DNA of 64,000 nt, taken from assembly GCA_964035575.1 (NCBI GenBank), contig OZ037838.1, forward strand, positions 1,240,001 through 1,304,000, in the 5' to 3' direction. Numbering within the stretch: position 1 is the stretch's first letter; each line of letters starts with the position of its first letter. Origin of the DNA: Rhynchopus sp. YZ270_cl-10. Its lineage: Eukaryota. Below, piece after piece: positions 23,416 to 33,481 of the stretch. Under the pieces are notes generated by a model, which did not search any database, was not told the origin of the DNA, and saw nothing but the letters and a program-made list of their open reading frames with translations. Made by a program: the position numbers and the translations under genes.

Positions 23416-24807
23416 ATGCCTGCCACGGACACCCGCACGAAGGCGCAGCTCCTTGCGGCTCTGCGAGACATGAAGAGGCAGGCGGAGGATCAGAGGGCGG
23501 ACCTGGAGGAGCGCGAGGCGCGGATGGAGAAGAAGCTGGATCGGGCAATGTCATCTTTGGCGGCGCGAGACCCGCCCGCCGACCACCAACAATATTGTTA
23601 CGACCTCCAGGATGAAGGAATGGAGGGTCGCGGGGGGTGGGATCAGAGCGGGTACGAGGCGTGGGACTATGGGGATGATAATGAAGGGGACCCCGTTGAT
23701 GACGTGCCGGGTAACGGTGCAGATGTTGACGACGACGACGACCTGACGGAGGAACCGAATACGCAGACGACAAAGCCACCTGTGGTGAAGCCGGCGACGA
23801 AGGCTGCGACGCGTGCTGCGAAACCGTCTCCGCGTGCGTCCCCCGAAAGCCCTGCGACGTTGTCCGAGATGGTGGAGGCCGTGACGGCGGCCGTGCTGGC
23901 GCGTCTTCCTCCGCAGCTCCCCGCGCAGGGCAAGACGCCTGATGTCCCGCCGACGCCGAAGCTGGCTGGGAAGAGACGCAGAGACCCGCCGTGTGACATT
24001 TTCCCATTGCTGACAACGGCGGCTGCGGACGCCTTGTACGTGGCGTACACGGAGGAGCACGGGGACTTTTTCTTTGACCGCATGCCTGAAGAGGTGTCTC
24101 GTTTGCTCGCCAACTGCGACAAGCAAGCCGAAGCCATGACGGTCTTATCGGATTACGCGCCGCTCTCCGCACCGAAGGGCCCTGTGACGCAGTCTTCTGC
24201 CGACGACGACCAGGAGGAGGAAGGTGCAGACATTCGGTGCTACACTGAAGTGTCCAGGTGGCCTGAGACGTTTGACGAGTCCTGGTTTGCGGAGTTTGAG
24301 CGGGTACTCCGTGCTAGGACGGACATGTACGCGTTTCTGGGCAACCACGGGCTTCAGGAGAAACGCGACAGGACTTTTCTGACCATCCGAAACTTTTGGA
24401 TCTTCCGGAACCAGAACCCCGCAGCGCTGACCGAATGGCTCCGCCGCATGAGGGGGCACATGGCTGAACTGGAGGCCCTCCGTGCCACCTACACCACGAG
24501 GTCCCCGGGGGCGGCCGAACACATGCGCAGGCAGCTCGAGTCGAATAATCTTCCTCGCGCCCTGCGTGACGCCCGCAGGAGGTTCGAGGTGGATTTTCGG
24601 CCTACGGGAAAGTCGAATGGGGCCACGCACAACACCACGCACTTTCCCAGAAAATCGACAGGCAGAGCGACCCCGAGGCCGGCCCAGACCCCGAAGCCCA
24701 CACCGAAGACTGCCCCGAAGAAGCCGGAGGGGAAGGCCTGCCACCGGTTCCTGAAGGGGCTTGCGTGCCTCAAGCATCCTTGCCCGTTCGAACACCAGAA
24801 GCAGTGA
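23416..24807 (+). CDS. gag: Gag-like protein of the YR retrotransposon
   Basis: ATG at 23416 (MPATDTRTK); N-terminal coiled coil, acidic and Pro-rich linker, C-terminal CCCH-type finger CHRFLKGLACLKHPCPFEH. Confidence 0.8.
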   Translation: MPATDTRTKAQLLAALRDMKRQAEDQRADLEEREARMEKKLDRAMSSLAARDPPADHQQYCYDLQDEGMEGRGGWDQSGYEAWDYGDDNEGDPVDDVPGNGADVDDDDDLTEEPNTQTTKPPVVKPATKAATRAAKPSPRASPESPATLSEMVEAVTAAVLARLPPQLPAQGKTPDVPPTPKLAGKRRRDPPCDIFPLLTTAAADALYVAYTEEHGDFFFDRMPEEVSRLLANCDKQAEAMTVLSDYAPLSAPKGPVTQSSADDDQEEEGADIRCYTEVSRWPETFDESWFAEFERVLRARTDMYAFLGNHGLQEKRDRTFLTIRNFWIFRNQNPAALTEWLRRMRGHMAELEALRATYTTRSPGAAEHMRRQLESNNLPRALRDARRRFEVDFRPTGKSNGATHNTTHFPRKSTGRATPRPAQTPKPTPKTAPKKPEGKACHRFLKGLACLKHPCPFEHQKQ

Positions 24808-25773
24808 CCACGATGGGAGGACTCGGTGGCGGGGCTGGAGGCGCGAGCGACGTGTGCCGCGACGAAGGCGCAGACGCGCAGCATCGTGCGGAAGTACGAA
24901 ATGTACACGCGCGCCTGCGGACTCGGGCAGATGCCGCACCCTTTGCGCCTACGGGCGTTCGCCGCCGCAATGTTGTCGGATCGGATGAGCGCGGAGGAGA
25001 AGGAGAGGCTGTTGGTGCGAGCGCCGGGGCAACGTGGGCGACCCTTCTCCCTGGCGATGACGACGTCGGCGCTGGAGCGGTACGTGAACGTGCTGGCTCG
25101 GGTGCTGGAAGTGCCGGACAGTGTGCTGAGGGAGACCCGCAAGGGGCTGGTGCGCACTCGCCTGGAACGACGGGAAACCCCCACTCACGCGCCACCCCTG
25201 CCCTACACCTGCATGCAGCAGACTTGGAAGCGTCTCTGGCGAGAGGGAAACAGTGTTCTGTGTGCGGCCGTGGCGTTGGCGTGGACGGGTGCGCTGCGCA
25301 TGGCAGACCTGCGTGCTATACTCCCATCAGACGTCGTGCTCCCAGAAGCAGGCAGGGTGGGCACGGGCACCATTGCGATAAGGTGGTGGACGGTGAAGGA
25401 GGCCAGGCTACGAGGGGACCCAGCCGAGCTGCTATACACCCTCCCCGAGCATATGTTCCCTGCCATCCGCCGGTGGAAGCTACGCGGGATGGCGTTCAGT
25501 GTGTCAGACATCCGCAACCTGGGACGGGAGACCTCTCTGCACTTCCCCGAATATCGCGACCACTCCTGGAAGAGAGGGGCCTTGCAGCACTTGGCGATGA
25601 TGGGGGCCACGTGGGGGGATATGCTGGTGGTGGCACGCCACAAGGAGGTCGACACGCTCCGCCGATACCTCTGGGGGTGCATCACTCCCGACTTCCTGTC
25701 CCTGGAGCGCACATCGGCGATGCTGCACCGCCCGATACCCCAGAGCTGGAGAGCGTCGGGGCGCTCCGACTGA
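24808..25773 (+). CDS. Tyrosine recombinase; start uncertain (frame open from the gag stop, first ATG at 24901)
   Basis: GALRMADL (catalytic Arg), HSWKRGA (HxxR-box variant), ARHKEVDTLRRY (His and nucleophilic Tyr). Confidence 0.88.
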   Translation, partial: PRWEDSVAGLEARATCAATKAQTRSIVRKYEMYTRACGLGQMPHPLRLRAFAAAMLSDRMSAEEKERLLVRAPGQRGRPFSLAMTTSALERYVNVLARVLEVPDSVLRETRKGLVRTRLERRETPTHAPPLPYTCMQQTWKRLWREGNSVLCAAVALAWTGALRMADLRAILPSDVVLPEAGRVGTGTIAIRWWTVKEARLRGDPAELLYTLPEHMFPAIRRWKLRGMAFSVSDIRNLGRETSLHFPEYRDHSWKRGALQHLAMMGATWGDMLVVARHKEVDTLRRYLWGCITPDFLSLERTSAMLHRPIPQSWRASGRSD

Positions 25774-27539
25774 CGGAACGGAACCGTGTGTCCGACTGGT
25801 GTCCGGAGTATGCGCGATCATTGGAGACGTCCCACCCTCTGCTTGAGTGGGACTACGACATTGTGGCAGTGGTGGCGACACATGTGCGTGTGCTGGCGCA
25901 GGAGATCGATGCGGCGTGGCAGGGCTGCGACCTGTCGGAGGACAGTGAGACTTGTTTTGTGGAAGATCCGGAAGGCCACCTCCTGCACCTGAGCTCGGGC
26001 TCCGATGTGGCTGACTCGCTCCGCAGGCACGAGCGCATGATTGGGGAATGTGCGGCCTCGGTGTATGCGGTTGGTGTGGCCCGTGGTCCGTCGAAGGGTT
26101 GCGATGCGGCATTGGATGTGCTCCCGGACAGCCGCCTGAACCTATCTGTAGTGGAGGAAGGGCTGAACGAGTGGGAACGTACGCTCCTGAGGGACTATGT
26201 GAACGAGCCCATGCTGCATACGACCACCCGCAAACAGTGCCAGACCTCCTCCTCGCTCACCTGTGCGGACCTCGCCAGCTTGGTGAAGAAGGGCATCCTG
26301 CGCGTAGCTGTGGGCAGGCCGCACATCACCCTCCCCACCTTCAAGATTGGCAAGAAGAACGGCCTGGCGCGCCTTCTGGTCGATGGGAGGGAGTTTGACA
26401 AGAGGTCAAAGCCAGTGCTCCCTCCGCTCACCCCACAACTCTCCGACCTCGAGCGTTTCGTGCTCCAGCACAACTTCTTCTGCTGTGTCGACTTTCTGGG
26501 ATATTTTTTCCAGATCCCTGTCGGCCCCGATCTGCAGACCAAGCTGGGGATCAGGACCACAGAAGGGTATTTCTGCTTCCGGGTGGCGGTCCCGGGGATC
26601 AGCAGGGCTCCCTCTGTCGCGCAGCTGGCCACACTGGGGATGCTACAGCGAGCTAACCTCCGTTCAGTGTCCCTTGCGATATATGACGATGTCTGCATTG
26701 CAGGTCAGACACTGGCGGAGGTGGAGCAGCGACGACAGGCTTTCGATGCGACGTTGCGTGACGCGAACTGCGTGGTGAGGGAGGAGAAGCGGGTGGACCC
26801 CACACACTGCGCGGTGTTCATTGGTGTCCAGCTGGACATGTCGGCGAAGACGTTGGCGCTGGACGAGGACTGGAGGAGTAAGCTGCTGGCGTCGCCTACG
26901 CCCCGGACTCTCACCTGCAGAGCGGTGGCCCACCACATTGGGTGCTACAGATGGGCGCACTTGGTCATGCGCACGCCGATCGCTGGGTTCACCCTGATGT
27001 GCCGCCTCTCTCGGCAGCTAAGCCGCCACTGCACTACGGCGAAAGAGTGGGACAGGTCGGTTACCTTGACGGGCTCCTTGCTAGCGGAGTTTCGCCGTGC
27101 TGAGAAGTGGCTGGCGGCGTGTCGTCCCCGGCGTGTTCTGGCAGATGCGCCTGCGTGGCACATATGGTCTGATGCCAGCGACGTGGGTGCGTCTGTTGTC
27201 TTGCTGGACCCTGTGGCACGGAAGGTGAAGGCACGTGTGGACTGGACGTGGGATGCTCTCCTGCTGACGTGCCGCCCACCCACGCCTATTCGCAGGAGGG
27301 AGCTGGTGACCGCCCTCATCGCCATGGCTGTGGCTGACTCTGTTGCCCCGCGAGGGTATGGATTGGATTGTTTTCATGACAATTCCACTGCGGAGTCACG
27401 CCACCGCAAAGGTTCGTCGCCCCACCCTCAGGAGGACCAGCTGATGGCAAGACTGATGTCAGGCATAAGTCTTCGGAGAAGGTTCACCACGCACCTGGTC
27501 GGGACGAAGCTGATGGTGGCGGACCTGGACACGCGATGA
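24813..27539 (+). CDS. pol: Reverse transcriptase / RNase H ORF overlapping the YR ORF in another frame; true start uncertain
   Basis: FKIGKKNGLARLLVD, CVDFLGYFFQI, VPGISRAP, IYDD, FIGVQLD; RNase H motifs WSDAS, RRE, HDNS, VADLDTR. Confidence 0.9.
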   Translation: MGGLGGGAGGASDVCRDEGADAQHRAEVRNVHARLRTRADAAPFAPTGVRRRNVVGSDERGGEGEAVGASAGATWATLLPGDDDVGAGAVRERAGSGAGSAGQCAEGDPQGAGAHSPGTTGNPHSRATPALHLHAADLEASLARGKQCSVCGRGVGVDGCAAHGRPACYTPIRRRAPRSRQGGHGHHCDKVVDGEGGQATRGPSRAAIHPPRAYVPCHPPVEATRDGVQCVRHPQPGTGDLSALPRISRPLLEERGLAALGDDGGHVGGYAGGGTPQGGRHAPPIPLGVHHSRLPVPGAHIGDAAPPDTPELESVGALRLTERNRVSDWCPEYARSLETSHPLLEWDYDIVAVVATHVRVLAQEIDAAWQGCDLSEDSETCFVEDPEGHLLHLSSGSDVADSLRRHERMIGECAASVYAVGVARGPSKGCDAALDVLPDSRLNLSVVEEGLNEWERTLLRDYVNEPMLHTTTRKQCQTSSSLTCADLASLVKKGILRVAVGRPHITLPTFKIGKKNGLARLLVDGREFDKRSKPVLPPLTPQLSDLERFVLQHNFFCCVDFLGYFFQIPVGPDLQTKLGIRTTEGYFCFRVAVPGISRAPSVAQLATLGMLQRANLRSVSLAIYDDVCIAGQTLAEVEQRRQAFDATLRDANCVVREEKRVDPTHCAVFIGVQLDMSAKTLALDEDWRSKLLASPTPRTLTCRAVAHHIGCYRWAHLVMRTPIAGFTLMCRLSRQLSRHCTTAKEWDRSVTLTGSLLAEFRRAEKWLAACRPRRVLADAPAWHIWSDASDVGASVVLLDPVARKVKARVDWTWDALLLTCRPPTPIRRRELVTALIAMAVADSVAPRGYGLDCFHDNSTAESRHRKGSSPHPQEDQLMARLMSGISLRRRFTTHLVGTKLMVADLDTR

Positions 27540-27811
27540 GCCGGTGCTTGCGTGTGAGTTTTTGATGTTGTGATGTCTGCGTTTTTATTGCTTTTACTTG
27601 TGTTTTTTGATTTTATTGACGGCACTCTGTGGCAGGTGAGATAGCCCTGGCGGTCTCTCATCTCTCGGGTGTTTTTTCTTGTTGTTGTTGTTGTTTTCTT
27701 CTTTTTGCGTCTGTCGCGCGTATCGTCCATCCCTTGCCTATGCTGGTGTCCCGCCTGTGGTCACTGGGGCTACGGAGATGGGTGAAAATGAGGGGGGGGT
27801 AGTTGTTTATG

Positions 27812-28148
27812 TCCCTAGTTTCGACGCGAAACGTTTCCCCATGTATTGCACGGGAAACAATATATATGACAAACAGGTGCAGGGTGGTTCCGTGCTTATC
27901 ATAGAACCCGGCACCTTGTGTGTCTTCCAAAAACCAAAAAGCGTTGTGTGTGAAGTTTTGAAGGAAGGAAAAATAAAATGAACAAGATAAAACAAAAAAG
28001 CTTGCGTTTCTTTTATCGAACAGATTTTATTCTCCGCCCCGTACCCAAAACGTAAACACCACTTTGAATCAGAAAAAATATTTTCTTTTCTTTTTTCTTC
28101 CACACGCGCTTGGTTTTTGTGTTTCATTAACTTTTATCAAAAAGCTTT
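27812..28148 (+). repeat. Internal B1-A2 junction of the split direct repeats
   Basis: B1 ends AAATAAAA at 27978 and abuts A2 TGAACAAG at 27979. Confidence 0.95.
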
Positions 28149-28326
28149 CCCTCCCTCCACTCCCTGCTTTTTCTTCATAAAGTTGTGCCTTATTGGCTTG
28201 ATTGCTTGTTTAGCTCTTTCTCTGTGCTGCTCGCGCATTGTCTGTTTTCCCTTGCGTGCATGTTTTACATGGTGTTTCTCTCTGTTGCTACTGGCACACT
28301 GTTTTGTTTCTTCCTGTTGCACGAAA

Positions 28327-29817
28327 GCGGATGAGCTAATACTGGGTAACCCTGCTTGAGCTGAGTTCTTGATGATCCCGGGTGATTCCAGGGTTAGAGT
28401 TCTTGTGGCTTCTCGCATGGGTTGGTTCTGCTTGCGTAGAGATCTTGTTGATCCCGGGTGATAAAGAGACGGAGTGCCGTAGGGGCTCGTCTTTCCAGGG
28501 CTAGAGTTCTCGATGCCACTTGTAGGCTTGTTGATCCCGGGTGATAGGAGACTGAGCTCCATATGGGCTTGTCTCTCCAGGGGTAGAGCTCTGTGGTCGC
28601 CTGCATTACTGTGTATTTATGCTCGGATGTTTTTTGTGTCTATTCGCGTATCTCTTTTCTTTCCTGGTACATGTATTCGGACGAGTGTATACTGGGTAAC
28701 CCTGCCTGAGCAGAGTTCTTGAGGATCCCGGGTGATTCCAGGGCTAGAGTTCTTGTGGCTTCTCGCATGGGTTGGTTCTGCTTGCGTAGAGATCTTGTTG
28801 ATCCCGGGTGATAAAGAGACTGAGTGCCGTATGGGCTCGTCTTTCCAGGGCTAGAGTTCTCGATGCCACTTGTAGGCTTGTTGATCCCGGGTGATAGGAG
28901 ACTGAGCTCCATATGGGCTTGTCTCTCCAGGGGTAGAGCTCTGTGGTCGCCTGCATTACTGTGTATTTATGCTCGGATGTTTCTTGTGTCCATTTGCTCT
29001 GTCTTACTTTCCTGTTACATGAATGCGGATGAGTGTATACTGGGTAACCCTGCTTGAGCAGAGTTCTTGAGGATCCCGGGTGATTCCAGGGGTAGAGTTC
29101 TTGTGGCTTCTCGCATGGGTTGGTTCTGCTTGCGTAGAGATCTTGTTGATCCCGGGTGATAAAGAGACGGAGTGCCGTATGGGCTCGTCTTTCCAGGGCT
29201 AGAGTTCTCGATGCCACTTGTAGGCTTGTTGATCCCGGGTGATAGGAGACTGAGCTCCATATGGGCTTGTCTCTCCAGGGGTAGAGCTCTGTGGTCGCCT
29301 GCATTACTGTGTATTTACGCTCGGATGTGTTTTGTGTCTACTTGCTTATCTCTTTTCTTTCCTGTTACATGAATGCGGATGAGTGTATACTGGGTAACCC
29401 TGCTTGAGCAGAGTTCTTGAGGATCCCGGGTGATTCCAGGGGTAGAGTTCTTGTGGCTTCTCGCATGGGTTGGTTCTGCTTGCGTAGAGATCTTGTTGAT
29501 CCCGGGTGATAAAGAGACGGAGTGCCGTATGGGCTCGTCTTTCCAGGGCTAGAGTTCTCGATGCCACTTGTAGGCTTGTTGATCCCGGGTGATAGGAGAC
29601 TGAGCTCCATATGGGCTTGTCTCTCCAGGGGTAGAGCTCTGTGGTCGCCTGCATTACTGTGTATTTACGCTCGGATGTTTTTTGTGTCTATTTGCTCTGT
29701 CCTACTTTCCTGTTACATGCATGCGGATGAGTGTATACTGGGTATCCCTGCTTGAGCTGAGTTCTTGATGATCCCGGGTGATTCCAGGGTTAGAGTTCTT
29801 GTGGCTTCTCGCATGGG
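28327..29817 (+). repeat. Tandem array of about 350 bp units (4 full, 1 partial) inside the retrotransposon
   Basis: Unit starts near 28327, 28677, 29025, 29375, 29723; each has three GATCCCGGGTGAT and three CCAGGG.TAGAG sub-repeats. Confidence 0.95.
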
Positions 29818-30159
29818 TATCTCTTCTGCTGCCTGTAGACACATGATTTTGTACCTGTAGTGCTTGACGTAAGATTTAATGTTGATCTGGCCCGTCCTGG
29901 GAAGTGATCTTGTGGTCGGCACTGAATGCGGTCATGTGTCTTTGTCTTACGATATTTTTGCCACCTCGATGTGGTGTTTCTTATGACGTTTCTCTGATAC
30001 CTCCCTTGGGAGCATGAATACATGCCTCTTTTAGCTCTGTCAGTACACAGCCAACCGGCGTGCTGCTCTTCTTACGTTTCTCTTGTCTTTGGTCATATAT
30101 CAGTAGTTTATGCAAACGTCTCAAATTTAAAAACCCCTGTTACCTGTGTTGTCATTGTT

Positions 30160-30326
30160 TCCCTAGTTTCGACGCGAAACGTTTCCCCATGTATTGCACG
30201 GGAAACAATATATATGACAAACAGGTGCAGGGTGGTTCCGTGCTTATCATAGAACCCGGCACCTTGTGTGTCTTCCAAAAACCAAAAAGCGTTGTGTGTG
30301 AAGTTTTGAAGGAAGGAAAAATAAAA
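30160..30326 (+). repeat. Split direct repeat B2 (167 bp), 3' end of the element
   Basis: Matches 27812-27978. Confidence 0.95.
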
Positions 30327-30777
30327 CCAAAACCAAATCCCCGTCACTTTTTCTTTGGTCATCTTCTGTTGTTGGCCGCAGGGTACTTGTGCTTTCATCC
30401 GGATGGCTGGCATCGTACGTGGGTCAGTCGGAGGTGCCTGCATTAATAACTTCACTTTCTTTCCTCTCCTCCTCTCTCTCCCCTCCATCCTTTCTCTGTC
30501 GCCCCTCTCGCTCCTCCCATGCTGTAGCTGAACGGCCACTTTCATACCTTGGCAACAAAAGGTATGAGTTGTGTCTTACTTTGTAGGGATATACCGGTCA
30601 TTGTACCAAAGTACACTGTGTCACGAGAGGGCTGTTGTATTTCAAGTACTGTACTGTTCGACCTTTTCAGGATTTTTCTGGAAGTTCGACCTTTTTTTTT
30701 ACGATCGATTTTTTACGATTACGGTACACATTTTAGCTGTTTTCACCCCACCAGGTACACTTAACATCTTAGGAAAG

Positions 30778-31928
30778 ATGCCACTACACCGGTCTGTTCA
30801 TCATGCGGTGCAAGTGGGTGAAGCGCCTTCCCCAGACGTGCAGAGCGTCGCCTCGCACCGGAAGGGCAAACGCATGGTCTTGATTTGGGTCTTCGTTGTG
30901 GCTATCTTTGTTGTGGTCCCTGGGGTGATGCTGCTGGGCGGCGGGATTGCGACGATACCGGTCACGCTACATGAGCAGCGACCCTCCACCACCACCACTA
31001 CCACCACCGACACAACACCAACCGACGCCCCCGAACTTCCTCGCATATTCCCTACCATACGGCACCCCAATGGAAAAATCACCTTCGTGTTGTGCACATG
31101 GTCTGGAGACAAAGAGGGGACACCTCGGGTAGCGATGTTGTTATCGTCGGTGCAGCGTTTCCTTGAGGCGGGCGCGTTGTTTGAGTTTCTTTTTGTTGTT
31201 CCTGGGGCGGACGCTGGTTTGTATCGCGAGAAGATAGCAAATGGGTTTGGATTGCATGATCACCAGAGACCCACCTTTGCTATGCGCGTCGTGACCGATC
31301 AAGAGGTCCTATCCCTCAGCAGCGAGCAAGCAACCAAACTCACCCCGCGCAGCGAACTTCACGAAAACGGAGGCCGCGGCACGAACTACCGCCGCCAGAT
31401 GCTTATCAAACTTGGTATCTCCCGCTTCGTGCACACCTCCTTTTACATTACCTTGGACAGCGACGTTTTTCTCAAGGTGCCCACGGGGTATGCAGATCTG
31501 GTCGAAACCGACGAGAAAGGCGAGCGTGCCATTGTGCAGGGGCACGAGAGAGACCGCCATCGTACGTCATGGTGGGCCTCTGCTGGAGGGATTATGCAGA
31601 AGAAGGAGTGCGGTGCCGGGCTGGGGCAGGAGGCCTTTCAGATTGGGGTCACCCCAGCGATTATGAGTGCCGTGCTTGCACGGGGTCTGATCAGTGAGCT
31701 GGAGACACGCGAAGGGAAGGCCTTTGACGTTTATATGTTTGAAGCCCTGCATTCACCGCACACCTCCGACTGGACCGAGTACACGCTCTACTGGGCCTAT
31801 GGGTGTGCGACAGACACACTGCACGCACACCACGTCCTGCGCAAGGGCAAGCGTCTCTACGACACATCTGCCTTTGGGTGGAAGAGCTTTGATGCATACA
31901 ACGTGGACAAGGTGTTTGGTGACAACAG
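30778..31928 (+). CDS. Type II membrane glycosyltransferase-like protein (GT-A fold, DxD); 3' end uncertain
   Basis: ATG 30778; one N-terminal TM segment, Thr-rich stem, QMLIKL...YITLDSDVFL, WTEYTLY; probable donor AG|GTATG at 31929; the raw ORF continues to 32205. Confidence 0.72.
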
Positions 31929-33481
31929 GTATGCCGAATGTGAAATTTTAATCTTAATGACCAGTGTGCAGTGGATCACCTCGTCCGACATTTTGCCCAG
32001 TTTCCGGTGTTCAAAGGCCAAATCCCCTTTACAATTTCTGCAACTGCCTTTACAATCCACCTCGGTTTTTTTTAAGCTCCTTGCCACTCTCTCGGCAGTG
32101 CGAGTAACAGTGGCAGTGGCTTCTGCTTCACTGGGGGCGAGACGCACAAGCTCATTTGTGAATGAGGAGGGGGGTCCTGTGCATGACTCACGACGTCTGA
32201 GGTGACAGTGCGGAAGAGATCATCCCCCTATTCGCATACACAGACTTCAACAAACTGAAGGGGCACCAGACAACTTGTCCAGCAACACTCTCACGATGGC
32301 TCTTCGCCATATTCATGATTGCGTGGCTGTCTCCTTGAGTGCCTCTTTTGTGGCCAATGTAGCGAGTCGTTGGATCTCGCTTTTTGACCTCGGCTTCTTC
32401 ACCGCTACTTTCGTAACGGGGGCTTTCTTCGCGTCTTTCTTAACGGAGATAGTGTGTTTTTTTTTTTCTTTTTGTCAATTGACCGGTGGTGATCGTAAGC
32501 GTTCACTTTTACACCCCCCCTCCCCGTTCGATTTTTACCATTCGAGAATAAACAGAGTGGCGATTTTTCTGATGTAAACCACGTAGGACTCCCTGGTTGG
32601 GTGTCCACCCCTCGGTACAGCCTTTTGTACCAAAAGGTACACTGGTCACAGAGAGGGCTTTGTTGTACACTTCAACTTTTTCTTGGAATTCCTTACTTTC
32701 AACAGCACGTTGTTCGGAGTTGTCCAGAGCATTAATGGCGCGACGCCGGAACAGGTTATACGCAAGCTTGCGGGAAGGTTCTGAGTGGCTTAGGCCTTGG
32801 GGCTTCATAGGAGACTACCCGCATAGCATACGTATTCTCTGAGCAGCACAGTGCATTGAGGGAGCAGGAGGGTGGACAATGGTGTGGCGTACTCAGCGGG
32901 GTCGGTCCTGTTGGTTCCGAGCTTGCGGAGTGGTGCGAGCAGGTGTTGTGATGTAGTGGTGGTGGTGGTGGTGCTCTTGCAGAGGCTGTCCCAGACAGCG
33001 TAGGGGTCGTCAAGGGGAAAGTGTCGCAGTCATCGCAGCCAGGTCAGCCCATTTGTGTGGAGGGTGCGTAGGTGGTTTCGTTGTCGCATGGTTGCATGTG
33101 TTGCAGGGAAGTGTGGGTGGGTGGGTGATGTGAATGTACGTCTGGCAGCATGGCGTTGTCCTGTGGAAAGACCGCCTTAGGTATTGCAACAGGTGGTGTG
33201 GCTCGTGGGGGAGGGGGGCATGGTGGATTGGGTGGGATGGGTGGGGTGGGTGGGTGGTGTGCACAGATTCATTCCTAGTGTGGCACAGTTTCCGTGGGGG
33301 TAAGAGTGTGGGTATAACGTGAAGGATTAAAATGTTGGCAGTTTTGTAAAATGTTTTTGCACGTTCACAACGTGTTGTTCGTGCTGCGAACAACAGACAC
33401 CTAAACCACAAACATTCAAAACAGAATAACACCTCCGCCCAGCGTGCTGATTTGGACCTCGTCACGCAGGAACACAAAACA

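Larger units (their letters stand above)
23203..30326 (+). mobile_element. Tyrosine-recombinase (DIRS-order) retrotransposon with split direct repeats, VIPER/TATE-like gene order gag-YR-RT/RH
   Basis: A1 23203-23372 = A2 27979-28148; B1 27812-27978 = B2 30160-30326; arrangement A1-ORFs-B1A2-B2; no TSD. Confidence 0.92.

Noticed and set aside
28327..29817. CRISPR-like look of regularly spaced GATCCCGGGTGAT motifs
   Set aside because: The intervening sequences repeat every 350 bp instead of being unique; eukaryotic context and no cas genes
23203..30326. Diversity-generating retroelement driving the propeller variability
   Set aside because: No template/variable repeat pair, the variation includes indels and is not visibly adenine-restricted, and the RT has RNase H, Gag, YR and split repeats of a DIRS-order transposon; no sequence is shared with the gene family
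31930..33330. Minus-strand short ORFs and a G/T-rich tract, possibly a decayed gene or element
   Set aside because: Fragmented by stops with no recognisable motif or termini
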